Shown here: one piece after another, positions 13,901-27,165 of the stretch
Numbering within the stretch: the stretch's first letter is position 1
Layout of the letters: each line of letters opens with the position of its first letter
Source: Pecten maximus
Lineage: Eukaryota
Direction of reading: 5' to 3'
Assembly: GCF_902652985.1 (NCBI RefSeq)
Contig: NC_047029.1
Coordinates: 3,658,001-3,722,000 of the forward strand
DNA: 64,000 nt
The notes under the pieces: model-generated
Told to the model about the DNA's origin: nothing
Databases searched by the model: none
What the model saw: the letters and a program-made list of their open reading frames with translations, nothing else
Translations under genes and position numbers: made by a program

Positions 13901-14720
13901 AAATAACGATGCCTTCTGATCTAGATTTTGCTGTGATCGGTATCTTAATTTCTATTTCTTGTTTAGGCTCTTTGTCGTCACTTGTGGTGATGTCAAGGAT
14001 ATCTGACATCAGGACAGGCATTCCCTGGTGTTCTTTCATCATTTTGATCCTGCTCGTATTCTTCGATAATCTCTGTCGTATCCACAAACTGTCACATATT
14101 GTAAAGAAATGTTATATATATATGACTAACAAGGTTATAAATCATCGGTTATCATGTTTATACGACCGACAAGATGTACCTTTTGTTCAATACACTGATA
14201 AACCATGTATGGGAAATATTATTGAAGTTCTGTTTATTCCTATGTAATGCTTTAATATCATATAATCAAAACCATGTGAATCCCTTTTGACATACCTTTA
14301 CAAAAAGTTCACAAGATTTAAAAGTGTCAGCAGGGATGTTAATTTCCGCTTCCGGTTCACTTTCCAGTGTCAGTGAGACTGCTTGCTTGAAAATCTGAAA
14401 AGCTTCTGTTTTTTCCCTGCTTATCACAGTGAAATGTGTTATTCCATCGGCTCTGAGCGGAACAGTCATCGTAACAATTGTACTCTGGAAACCGTCAGAA
14501 AAAAACATTAATTACATTGGCATACTGATGTGATGTAACTGAAATAACAATGAGCCATTTCAATGAGCAGCTCATACTGCGACTCCACGTGGTAGCAGCT
14601 TTATTGTAAACATGGATTAAGTGGTGAAATAAAAGAAAATTTCCCAAAATTTGATTTTAGAGGGTAATGTGTCTTAATTTTGATACATATAGAAGACATT
14701 CGATGCCCTAATTTGAATTT

Positions 14721-14908
14721 TGGTTTATTGGTTTATTTTGTTTAACGTCCTATTAATAGCCAGGGTCATTTAAGGACGTGTCAGAAAACCACCGGCCTAC
14801 GGTCAGAATCTGGCAACTGCCCCACGTAGGTTTCGAACTCGCAACCCAGAGGTGGAGGGCTAGTGATAAAGTGTCGGGACACCTCAACCACTCGGCCACC
14901 GCGGCCCC
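14721..14908 (-). mobile_element. tRNA-derived V-SINE-like element with internal deletion
   Basis: Reverse complement of the 26122-26349 element (GGGGCCGCGGTGGCCGAGTGG head, GTTCGAAAC B box, GGACGTTAAAC tail), lacking the CCGGGTACTCCGG core. Confidence 0.8.
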
Positions 14909-17900
14909 TCTCCCTAGTTTGAAGAGATAGGTAAACGTAAAGTGTAAATATCGTTATTGAAGCAAACATTCAGATAAAATGAAAACATTGAGTGTACCCA
15001 GTTTAATTGGGGGATCTTTAACTTTAGAGTTATTAAGATAAACGTAGCTTAAAAACCAAATAAAAGAGTTCCCATTTACTCTGCAATTATACACATTTAA
15101 TAAGCATCGTTTGATGCAACCCACTGTTACGAAACACCGAAAATACTTCTATATATAATGGACTAACCAACCAATTCTTTTTCCATAGATTTTAGTGTTA
15201 ACGTTTGGGAGTATATTATCAAAATTCCTGAATTCAATATGGCAAGTATGGTTTATAACAAAAGTTAGGGTTTCATATAACACGTAATAAAAAAAAAGGT
15301 TTGGTCATTCAGCTCAATTTTTTTCCAGTGTAGCCATTCTGAAAATGGGTGAATTTCGCAGTAAAAATTCTCAGAAGTCTGATATGTTTACCTAATAATG
15401 ATTATTACCTGAACTTTTCGGAAAAAATTCAATCGGACTTTCTTATGGATAGTTACCTATCAGGCTACATATCTATTTTGTTACTTCATAACATACTGGC
15501 CAAACAGTGGCTGCCAGACATTTTATCCTTGACTCAACTTTCTATACACAGGGGATGTTTCAAAAGTCTATTTTTTCAATTGGTTGGTTGTTCCCTATAG
15601 GCAACCTCCTATTACCTTGATGTCTTTTTTTTTTTTTTTTTTGACAACACTACCATTTTTTGTCGCTGGCTATAGGACAACCTCCTCTTACCTTAACGCC
15701 ATCCTCGTTTTTGATGTCTTCCATGATAATGCTACCATCTTTTGTCGCTAACCGTACGACAACCTCCTCATTTTTCCTGAGCAGCCTATCTACGGTCAGT
15801 GTTAATGTGATTGATTTGACCCCTGGTCCCCAGGTCTGACATTCTAGTAGATGGCCAAACACATTCTCATCAGGTTCCATTTGTAGCGGGCTACCATACT
15901 CCTCTCTCTTTTTACACAGGTACAGGTAGTAGCGTTCCTGATCCGTTTGGCACTGTGACATCAACTCTTGTGTTTTCTAGATGGACTAATGGCCCGTCCT
16001 CAGGTGTTATTCTTTTTACGTCAAATGTGATTTCTCTGCGTATGATCAAGTGAAAGCTTAAGATTATTGCATTGCATTTGTTTCTCGCGCTATGAATGGT
16101 AGCATATATTTACAGAAGCACTAATCGCATTGCTATGACGGTACCAAAGGCAAAGAAATAGCTAGAACATTTGTTCCTGACTTAATATATAAAAAAAATA
16201 TTCTGCTCAAAGCTACGACTTATTTTTTAGAAATTGGAGAGAAAGGAAGGCGTTTTCATCTAATGCATGTTGTGATCAAGAATGTTTGGTGCTTCAGACT
16301 AAATTATGCAAAATTGTAGATAATGTACGCTCTTAGCGTTGCATGATATGTCTTACTGCTAACTTTGAGTATGCAAAGTCATTAATTAGACATTTTACGG
16401 AGTTGGTAGGACATTGAACAAAAGAATATTTCCTTAGTACTTTCACACAGTATGCTGTTTGATGAAAAGGAATTTAATTACAAGAAATGGTATACGATTG
16501 ATTGGCATCCAGATGGGAGCCCGGACCCAACCAGATTATATAAAAAAGACATATGCTATACAAGTGAAGATAACATTCATGAATTGATTTAGTAATATAT
16601 GTTGTACATGTCAATTAAAGTACATATAATTGTATAATATGATAGTAGACTCGACAGTTATGTTAGATGTCAGAATTATTGAAACCACGAGATAGTCTGA
16701 AAAAGCCTCAAGAGGTGTAACAATATAGATGTTCTGATTTGTTCAGATGATACCTTAATGATAAATCAGATAGTTCAATTGTAAGCTAAACAATGTAAAT
16801 AAAACAGAAGACCAAGTTATCAAAGTAAAGGGCACAGTTCGTTTTGTGAGAAAGCAATTTTTCATATATTTTTCTTGTGATTTTATCCACTGTCGATTCT
16901 TCTGTGTCGTTATTCACGTGTTCATGAAATAAGTTTATGATAATGAAGTTACCTCGCCGATATGTCATCTTTGCCTTTCATCAAGAAGACTTAAAAGTCA
17001 AGGAATGCGTTTCCTAAACTTACAATTTTCGACAACTTACATAGAATGTGGGTATGATTATGAGGTCAAACGTTTGGTGAACCTCGAAGCAACGTGGCTT
17101 GGTGACTTGGACTTCTAGTCTATCAAAATTGCAGCACTCTTATAAAAAATCTATGAGACCTGATTTCAAAGGCAAATAGTATGACCATTAGTCATATTAT
17201 GATCCGTGTGTCCCAGGTGATATGATATAAAATTATACACTTCTGTATGTATCTGGGGATATGTTTATGTAATACGTATTCTGTGTAGTACATTATCTAA
17301 CTAGGTTGCACGTGCGTGTTTACATTACGTTACTACATACAAGGATAATTTATAAAGTATAAAAGATGTTTTGCTTCTTTCGAAATCTGTTTCTTACTTA
17401 TGTTTATAGCCTGGGAACACTATGCATTGCTTTTCTATTGTCACTCCCATGTCATAGTCTTCCTTTCTTTTTCTTACTCCGGGCGTTGTTAACCATTCCT
17501 GTGGAAATCATCAAGGGTTAAACACTTATTTGATTAATGAATCACTATTAAATTACACGTGTTAAAAACACATCTAATTTAAATATATATATATATATAC
17601 AATTATTCTATGATTGTGTCATGAACTCGGTTCATAACAAGATATCCATTTCTTGTTGATGTGTTCCATGAGGTATTGACAGCGTACTTCATTTAGATGC
17701 AAACGCTCAAAAAACAAGACAAACTAAGTATGGATATTTAAATAGTTAGCGATTCAAAAAATATTGATTGAACAGTTTTTCATATCTGAACATAAATTCC
17801 TGTATTAACTATCAGATGATTTTTTTCATATTCTAAAATCTATTTCAAGTCTGCACTTTCAACCGTTATGTGTCTGATTGGTCGAGAGATCTATTCAAAA

Positions 17901-20667
17901 TATAAAAACTGCACTTCGTTTTTTCCTCACTAGGAATATGAAAGACATGCAGGTAATTGTGATTCAAGTTACCCAATCTTTAAGCAGCGGTTCTGTCCCA
18001 AACTGACACAATAAATCCACTATCTTCACGTCCTTGTTCTGAATGGCATACTCCAGAGCGAAGCAGTCTCTCTGATAAAAGTCAAACGAACACTTTGATT
18101 GGTTGATACATATCTCTATACTATCAATGTTAAACTAAAAGGATTTGAATAGAAGTACAAGATGGCCTATTGTATGAATATCTGCAAGGTTTAAGAGCTT
18201 ATGGATATTGAATGGACTTCATTGCAATATGACTGAAAAAAGCGATATAAAACGAACCACTTTTACATGGAAACCTACTTGCACATCAAACATTAGACAC
18301 GTAGAAAAGGCGTAACATTAATCATCATTAAACTGATCTTTAATTATATGAAAAACATCTGTTTTGATATGAATTTTTCATGCATCAACATTTAGAAAAA
18401 CATGTTCGTGATACCCTTAACCATTTTTCCATTGAGACGTAGAGAATTGTGGAGTGTATGTGACATAGGACATTGTAATAGATCCGTACACGACAACTTC
18501 TTATATACATCTTTTATATCTAAATAAAATTGTACCTTATCGGGTGTGTGTACATTGGCACCCCAAGCCACCAACGTCACTATGGATCGTACATGTCCGC
18601 ACATGACAGCTTTATGAAGAGCCGTCAAACCGTCCTAGGACAATGAAATACATGTCAGATTAACTGTCAGAAGCAGTGTCGTTGTTTGACGGATTCTGTT
18701 TTAATGTATACAAGAAGAGAAAGGTTCATCTAGAATATTGTTAGAATGTTAAAAACAAACCTCATATGTCAAAATTCAAAATGGCAATGTGTCGGCCATC
18801 TGTTTTCCCAATCAGTCTCAAAATTGAACGTGTTTACCTAGGGATGAAGGGGAACCATTTACGCATGACATTAGAGTGATCCAATGGACGATTTTAACGA
18901 TAATATGATTCCACAGGCGGTGGAGCTCCGTACACCTTGACTAAGTGAGATTATTCCCAACATTCTGATCTTGTAATGTGTAAGTATAACTTCACCATGT
19001 ACCCACCAAAACAAAGTTACAAGCCAGAATTTTTTTTTTTTTTTTTTTTTTGCACAAAGGCTGGCTTTGGTGTTCTGCTAAGGCAGATAAGACTACACTG
19101 TCACTTGTACATATTTTACGGGTATCATAAACTAACCGTTTTGTGAATGGTTGTGAACAAAAATCCACAACAAAAACAATTTCTGTGGTGAATCTATAAT
19201 ATTAACTCTAAGAAATAAAGTCGGACTAAGAAGCTCAATATTTCATAAGATATCTCTACAAACTTTTACTTGAGGTTGAGCAACATTACGAATTGACAAT
19301 GGGCAATTTAAGAATATTTCCGGCGCAAGTCATTAGTATTTGCTTCATCCACTCAATAATTTTTGTCATTCAAATCGTTAATCTTTACATCACTTACCTT
19401 GTCTGCAGACTCTAACTTAGCGTTTTTCTCAAGTAGCACTTCAATGACGTCATCCAAACCCGCAGTAGCCGCATGATGTAAAGGATACGATCCCGTCTAT
19501 TAAAATATGTTTATATCATTCAAAAATCATATCAAACTAATAAGATTTAATGCTAATTGGACAATTTGTTGTCTTCTCTGACATTTCTGATGTAGACATA
19601 TATGATTAATATGTTCCTGCTATCCCTTTGGACACCGTAGTACATTTAATATCTACGTGATGAAACGTCGAATGCTAACACGATTGTGCCATCGCTATAT
19701 GTAGACAGAACAACAACATTCTAAAGGTGTTACATTACGATTTTATAGTTTAAAGAACTCTTTGAAGGATTTGTATTACTGGTCAAATTAATGATCCAAA
19801 CAACAAGCTCTCAAAAAACCCAGATTGATACTTGTTGTTTTGCCTCTGAAAGATTTTCTTTACCCTTTATAGCCCAAACAACAATAGTTCGTTCTACTCT
19901 AGATTTTTGACCTCAAGACAATATTTCTACAGTCGATAACATTAGCATAAATTGTCAGCATGTTTTACGTCAATAGATAATCCTCCAGTCTCTTACTTAC
20001 CTCGTCCTGACAATCAATATCAACCCCTTCCTTGATTAAACTCAGCGCTTCTTTTCCGCGTTTGTTTCGTATTGCAGCCAACAGCTGCACCTGAAAAACA
20101 ACAATGATGTCAAGTGATGCTGGCAGAAAATAAAACAACTTGACACAGCCATGAAAAATGTTCAGAATGCAAACAGAAAGATTTACACGGAGAAAAATTT
20201 CATTGAAAATAGAATCAAATGTAAATAAAGAGTGAGCGTTTACTGTATTATTGCCAAAAAAAAGTGTAAATCTATGTTGAATATAAGCCTTGCCACATTT
20301 TCAAAACCAGAACCGGGGTAATGTCCAGCACTGGGTTCAACTGACGCCCGATGTCCACGGAAACATCACTGTATCTAACAGCATAAAGAGAGGAATGTCC
20401 GTGTGCTCTCGACTTCCTGGATGAATAAATAAAGTCATGATGTTTTTGTTCGGTTATCTCAACTGTGATGATCTTCCATTTGGGGTTAGACAGCGTCTAG
20501 TATCCCAACAACTTGTTGTGGTAGTTTGGTTGTAGGCATAATAACATAGAAATATATTAATCGACACATTTTGCTTTCATTTAAGTCAATATGCATTAAA
20601 ATCAATGATCTAATCATGACAATAACACATGCTCTTAATATATATTGAATGTTAATATTACAAAATA

Positions 20668-20815
20668 CCTACGTGGGACAGTTGCCAGGTACTGACCGTA
20701 AGCCGGTGGTTTTTCTCCTGGTACTCCGGCTTTCCTCCACCTCCAAAACTTGGCACATCCTTAAATGACCTTGGCTGTTAATGGGACGTTAAACAAAAAC
20801 AAACCAAACCAAACC
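20668..20815 (+). mobile_element. 5'-truncated V-SINE-like element
   Basis: Matches the 3' two-thirds of the 26122-26349 element, including the core and (AAACC)n tail. Confidence 0.8.
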
Positions 20816-21690
20816 TCACTTTAACTTTTTTTTAACAAAGTGGCAACCATTTCCTGACTTCTGATTGTTCCTAATTAAGATATTGTCCTATTTTAATTAC
20901 AGTTGATTTGTATGTACATCATGGGAAACCAGTCACTTTCGTAGCCTGTTTTTCACATTTTAAAAAACTGGTCGCCATTTTCTGGCCTCTGATTGGTCCA
21001 AATTAAGATAGTGTCCGATTTTAATGACATTCGGTTTGTAGGTCCATCAGGGGACATTGGCAACTCTTGTCACCTCACTTTCACATTAGAACAGAATGCC
21101 CACCAATTACTGGCCTCTGGTTGGTCCAAATTAAAGTATTGTCAGATTGTAATGAAATTCGACATCTAGGTACATCATGGATGCAACCTCAATTTAACGT
21201 TTTAACAAAATGGCCACCATGCATCAACTGAGCTCTGATTGGTTCAAATTTAGATATTGTCCGATCTTGATGAAATTAGATATGTAGGTACATGATGGGA
21301 CACCGGTCACTCTTGTAACCTCACTTTCACATTTAAAGGAAACGGCCGCCATTTCCTTACATCTGATTGGTCCGGATTTAGATATCGTCCGAATTTGATG
21401 AAATTTGATATGTAAGTACATCAAGGACACCGGTTCCTGTCGTAGCCTCACTTTCACGCTTTAAACAAAATGGCCGCCAATTTCTTGCCTCTGATTGGTG
21501 GAAATTTAGATATAGTTCGATTTCAATTTAATTTGGTAAGTGGAGGCATTAGGTCTTAGGAACCACACAGTCATTATATTGGTCGAAACTTAGATATTGA
21601 ACGGTTTTGATGAAAACTGCTGAAACAGAGTTATCGCCCCTCACTACGCTTCATTCTTTCTGTTACATCCTTCAGGTGTCACCTCACTAG
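20816..21690 (+). repeat. Degenerate ~120-bp tandem array ending in hairpin+CTAG (possible non-autonomous Helitron/Helentron-type element)
   Basis: About 6-7 units, each with CTGATTGG..AAATT and AAAATGGC-like motifs. Terminus AGGTGTCACCTCACTAG. Absent from the matching intron of paralog A. Confidence 0.45.
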
Positions 21691-23569
21691 TATTACAAAA
21701 TATCGTTATAATTCTATATAAATCAACACTCAGAAGAATTATTCCTTACGTCCCCTCCGAAAACTTTATTGATTTATTCATACCATGACCTCAGATTCAC
21801 ATTGTTTTCTGATGACCCGGATATATACCAGTAACCTGCGGCAACACAGCCACTCACCATCCCTTATGAGTGTTTAATTGTTAATGTATCAGAAGCCGAA
21901 AGAAACCTTGATAGTAATGAAATAGCAATGATAGTAATAAATGAATCATAAAACATGTTAAGTTAGTAATGAAGCATGAAATATGCTGTGTATTGTATAA
22001 ATTTTCAGAATTGTATAGAGGCGAGATCACTATAGACTTTGACTAGTTTTGTTTGGCTGATGGTTCTGAGTATATCAAAATTAAAAAAAAAATTAAAAAA
22101 GGAAAAAGATAAAAAAAGAGAGGGAAAAAAGGAAACCTTGAAGAAAGGTGTTATATCATAAAGGATTTATGATAATAGTGCTATTTTCGAACATTTGTTT
22201 AATATCTTATTTCATAAATTGGACATTCCAACGAAGTTATTATTATGTATTTCCACTTACAAACTTTCGTAATTTTATTACACAATGTGACAATTTGTAC
22301 TTTAAAAGCAAGCTATTAATTATATCTCTACCAGAGGCTACAAGTTTCTATCTTTTGACATGAATACATCTAATTCCTTTTACTCATTGTTACCGGATTA
22401 ACTAACTGGTCTGCCAGTATGACACCTTAGCCTCGGACAAAGGACAATTAACGTGAATATCTCACCTGTCCGACATATGACCAGCTGAGCAATTATATAT
22501 AATTAACTGATACCTGTCAAGGCTGTCAATCACTTTTATAACTTTACGTTAAATACCATGTACTATATGCTGTACAATTAATTAGAGCCTAGAGTTCGGA
22601 CTGCACGGATCGATTTACGGACATTCCGGAAATCGCCTGCCGACTCATTCCTTTAATAAATACTATATTTTGGACCGTACCTGACCATCTTGGATTATAT
22701 ATTCATTCGACAAAAACATCGCAACAACCAGAAAAATCGTTGTGATAGTTATATCGTTTGTTCTGTTACTTGAAGCTTTAGAATGTGAAATTGATATATT
22801 AGTTTTAAGATCAACAGTGGGTTTAAACACACAGATCTGTTCAAACACATTCTTCGTGACCATATGTGAGTTATATGTGTACAACAATTTGTTTACTGAC
22901 ATCCACAGTTATATGTCGTTCTCGTTTAACACATCACATACACTAAAACAATAGGATAAATCTCTGATTGTATAAATTACCTTTCGCTTATGATCATCTT
23001 CTGTTTCCTCAACTTCCGACATGATTGGATATTGACTACCAATATGGAGATATAGCTGTTTAAATCGACACACGTTCTGTCATAACATAGTGGGTTTTTC
23101 GCAGAACTATGAATTAAAAACCAGTCAGGCTAAAGACTGATAATGCGATCCGTTTGTCTGAGAGGATATATCAAGTTACGGTACTAGTCATTCTATACAG
23201 TATACATGTGTACCTTAAACTCCATTCTCAACTGTGTATATTTCGTTTGGTACTATGTAATGATTTTGTAATATGCAATCCATGTGTTATGTGTATACTA
23301 CTTAGAAGAGCCCGTCGTCGTTCAAACCCAGGCTGTGGAGAGTTTATGTGTCTGTTAAAGTTGTAGTATAAAAAACTAAACCTTACAAAACTAGATTTGA
23401 TATGTATTGTATTTAAACCGGTATTTGACTACCATCCATGCCTTTTAGCAAATTGTCGTTACCTAATTCATATATTCATTCAAGAAGAATGGAAATATGT
23501 TATTTGTTTTAATTCAAACTGCTCCTTTCTACATTTCATATATCCAGAGTCAGAAGTCTGCGTAAATAT

Positions 23570-24380
23570 CATATCCAGATGCGATGTAATTAGTTCACGG
23601 AGCTCGAATTGTCTAAACATGATGTAATGAATTTACAGAGCTCGCCTTGTCTGCTCAGGATGGATTGAGCTTACATAGCTCCCCTTGTCCTGACTGGATT
23701 TAATAAGCTTAAAGATATCTTCTTGTCTGAACAGGATGTATTGAAATTACAGAGCTCGCCTAGTTTAGACAGGATGTAATGGGTTCATAAAGCTCTCCTT
23801 GCCTAGATAATATGAAATGCGTTTACAGATATCTACTTTACTACAGTTGATGCATTGAGTTGTAGATATCTCCTGGTCTGGAATAGATGTAATGTATTTA
23901 CAGATATCTACTTAACCACAGTTGATGCATTGAGTTGTAGATATCTCCTGGTCTGGAATAGATGTAATGTATTTACAGTTATCTACTTAACCACAGTGGA
24001 TGCATTGAGTTGTAGATATCTCCTGGTCTGGAATAGATATAATGTATTTACAGATATCTACTTAACCACAGTGAATGCATTGAGTTGTAGATATCTCCTG
24101 GTCTGGAATAGATGTAATGTATTTACAGATATCTACTTAACCACAGTTGATGCATTGAGTTGTAGATATCTCCTGGTCTGGAATAGATGTAATGTATTTA
24201 CAGATATCTACTTAACCACAGTGGATGCATTGATTTGTAGATATCTCCTGGTCTGGAATAGATGTAATGGCTTAACATATATCACCTCGCCTTGACTTGA
24301 TGTAATCGGTTAATATAGCTCGTTTTGTCTTGGCAGGATGTAATGAGTATACAGAGCTCTCATTGTCTCGACTTGATGTA
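23570..24380. repeat. 39-bp-family minisatellite with a homogeneous 78-bp (2x39) higher-order core at about 23822-24270
   Basis: About 5.5 near-identical 78-bp units (the 26-aa periodicity of ORF 23855-24295), flanked by degenerate GAGCTCGCCTTGTCT 39-mers. Confidence 0.85.
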
Positions 24381-24789
24381 ATAAAAAAGAAACGTTTGGA
24401 TAACAACTGTTGGAGAAATTTTCCCTCTCTCTGGCAATTACGTCCATAAATATACGCTGATGAAAGAAGTATTTTGTGTTCACATTTCAATGTGTCAATA
24501 ACATTTGGTTATAACTGTATCGAGAATTAAAAACCATTTTAACTTCAGTATAAAGTAGACGAATAAGGAATGTTTTCAATCTTAGGTGGATGTAAAATAG
24601 TTTAAATGTCATAATGATATTCAAACAAATTAACACAGACATATGCGTGCTGTTACTACAGTGCTCTAAAAGATTTGGTGAAAAAAGTAAAGGGATTGTC
24701 CGGACAAAATATCTCAAGCAGACAGATAGATCGACAGACGCACAAACAAACAACCTGATTTCAGTATACCATATAACCCTAACTTGGTT

Positions 24790-25016
24790 GGGGGCCGCGT
24801 GGCCGAGTGGTTAAGGTGTCCCGACACTTAATCACTAGCCCTCCACCTCTGGGTTGCGAGTTCGAAACCAACGTTGGACAGTAAGTGCCTGGTACTGACC
24901 GTAGGCCGATGGTTTTTCTCCGGGTACTCCGGCTTTCCTCCATCTCCAAAACCTGTCACGTCCATAAATGACCCTGGCTGTTAATAGGACATTAAACGAA
25001 ATAAAACCAAACCAAA
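24790..25016 (+). mobile_element. tRNA-derived V-SINE-like element
   Basis: A box TGGCCGAGTGG, B box GTTCGAAAC, core TTTCTCCGGGTACTCCGGCTTTCCTCC, (AAACC)n tail. Confidence 0.85.
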
Positions 25017-26121
25017 CTGTGGTGTTATCATATATATCACTATAACGTCATAGATGTTTTGAACAAGAAGTAGAGAAGTAACAGACAAATCGGAAACCAT
25101 TTAAAAAAAATTGGTTTATTTTATCTGCTTATAATTAGTTATACATAACACATAAGTACATAACACTTATCAATGTGAATTCCTGCCGAAACAAATAAGG
25201 CGATATTGGAGGATCAAGGTCGATACACCCAAATGATTTCTTCTACTATCCTTTAATGGAGGGTACCAATGTCCAAAGCATATATATCGAAATGAAATGT
25301 GGTATTTACCTACTGAACGTTTCATAAGCGGATATGGGACCTGGGTCGAGACAAATGTGAGCTATAAATTGCCATACCATATGCATATGAAGAGAGGTCA
25401 CGTTGTCAAATACAATCTAACGCAGAGATACAGTAACTGGAAAAGACAAGCATCATCGATTAAAAGATGAGTCCATGGAGGTAGCTGTGACCATTATGGT
25501 CTAGATAACAAGACAATTTGACCGAGTGCGATTGACTGATATGTGATCCAAATATTACATTTACAGTCAGCAAATTTCAAAAGCATTCAATAAATATCTC
25601 ATTTTAGTTTTCTTTTTAAACGATACAACTATAATACTGAAAATGCATCAAAGGCTTCAGTACTTACCTTAACATGATAACGTAATTATCCGGTTCTATT
25701 TGAGACAAACTATTAAATGAGCGATACTGTTATTTAAGATGATTTTCGGAAAATGGGAAATAAAGTGTATGCCCATATGAAGATATGATTTTGAAAGTAA
25801 CGGTTGAAAAATATTTTTTCAATGTGTATGCCGCCATTTGTATTTTGCCACTACGGGATAATAAGAAATTAGGTCATACAATGGAAAAACAATGATTTTG
25901 TATCAAAACCACATCCAGTATTGTATAGTTGGTTATATTCGTGGGGATTATGTTTCACTTTAATCACGGCAATTGAACATAGCTTATACCGGGTAATGTA
26001 AATATATAGCATGTCGGGTTTTTTTAGTGCTTTATTGTCCATAGTCTTATGTGTATTTGTGAAAATCCCGGTAACACTGTATTGAAATGAATTTGGGCTT
26101 GTTCCATACTTATATTACATA

Positions 26122-26349
26122 GGGGCCGCGGTGGCCGAGTGGTTAAGGTGTACCGACACTTTATCACTAGCCCTCCACCTCTGGGTTGCGAGTTCGAAAC
26201 CTACGTGGGGCAGTTGCCAGGTACTGATCGTAGGCCGGTGGTTTTTCTCCGGGTACTCCGGCTTTCCTCCACCTCCTAAACCTGGCACGTCCTTAAATGA
26301 CCCTGGCTGTTAATAGGACGTTAAACAAAAACAAACCAAACAAACCAAA
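26122..26349 (+). mobile_element. Full-length tRNA-derived V-SINE-like element with 12-bp TSD
   Basis: Pol III A/B boxes, V-domain-like core GGTTTTTCTCCGGGTACTCCGGCTTTCCTCC, tail ATGACCCTGGCTGTTAATAGGACGTTAAAC(AAACC)n. TSD TTATATTACATA at 26110-26121 and 26350-26361. Confidence 0.9.
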
Positions 26350-26479
26350 TTATATTACATATTTCGCATTAACAAGGACTACATCAACAAATGCCTATCA
26401 AGTGTATAATTGTAAGTCAGTTCTATAGACAGCACAACAATTCAATGAATATTACATGCCGGTAAACAGGTAAACTGAC

Positions 26480-26645
26480 ACAAACGTTAATAGTCTACGA
26501 GTGTCGCACCTCCCTGTAAGGCAGTCATCCGTGTCGTTGTGTTTTTATTACCTGTAAGACACCACCCGTGTAATGTATATATGAACAATGATCCTCTGGT
26601 ACAGGCGACCAATAGCGAATCAAATCGCTAGCTTATTTACTTCCT
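26480..26645 (-). promoter_or_regulatory. Putative promoter/non-coding first exon of paralog B
   Basis: Conserved with 53560-53720: minus-strand donor CAG|GTAAT near 26550, TACAGGCGACCAATAG (CCAAT) and TTACTTCCT (ETS-like). Confidence 0.5.
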
Positions 26646-27165
26646 TGTTTGTTTATATTTTGTTGGTTTTTTTTGGGGGGGGGGGGGGGGGGGGGGTTTC
26701 GTGTATTTTGGGGTTGTTGTTTTTTTTATGTTGGTTTTTTTTTCGTTTTTATTTTTGTTTTTGTTTTTTTGTTGTTGTTATTTTGTTGTTGTTTTTATAT
26801 GTATCTTTTTTTTCTTTTCTTTTTTTTGCACTTTTTCACTTGGTATACACTATGTTTTGAACTGTTTTGAAAAGAAGAATATTTATCTTCTACACTTTTG
26901 TGTGCACAAACTTCAGTGGTCATTTGTCTGATGAAAGTGACAGAATGTAGTCACTGAACCGTCATATATAAATCCAATACTTGTTGTTATATAGGAACAA
27001 ACATTGTATTTGCAAGACCATTTGCGCCCGATTAAGACAAGAGATAAATTCAGTTTGAAAATCAGCATAACATCCTGGTATACACGAGGCCATTATGAAT
27101 GCGTCACTCAAGTTTGAACTTGTGTATGAGTCTACATGGCACACAACAAGTGTTACACACGTTTT

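Larger units (their letters stand above)
11387..23022 (-). pseudogene. Paralog B: ANK-ZU5-ZU5-UPA(-DD) gene disrupted by frameshifts
   Basis: Exons 23022-22981, 20090-20001, 19496-19398, 18634-18536, 18071-17973, 17498-17398, 16035-15692, 14484-14296, 14088-13795, 13047-12783, 12648-12366 and 11493-11387. Exon 7 is 344 bp versus 343 in A and C (+1 base near 15942, giving TAA at 15914-15912). Exon 9 has a second +1 near 14016-14027. The terminal exon starts DLGISQQSQP like C's DLESSMRSQP, then reaches TGA early. Confidence 0.8.

Noticed and set aside
13780-14247. Plus-strand ORFs here and at 38-232, 28427-28795, 29134-29343, 29564-29851
   Set aside because: Antisense shadows of minus-strand exons that have splice sites and domain motifs.
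14428-14445. THFT in paralog B exon 8 as a second PIDD-like autoproteolysis site
   Set aside because: It aligns with the YFAVVSR/WFLVVSR strand, three residues downstream of where PIDD's first HFS lies, and reads NYFA in A and TCFS in C, so it is not conserved.
23855-24295. 146-aa repetitive ORF
   Set aside because: Translation of the 78-bp tandem repeat.
24790-24870. tRNA gene (also 26122-26200)
   Set aside because: A/B boxes run into a SINE core and tail with TSD; no complete cloverleaf acceptor stem.
26588-26931. Hydrophobic Phe/Gly-rich ORFs
   Set aside because: Low-complexity poly-G/poly-T sequence; the same applies to the poly-G ORFs at 54966-55217.
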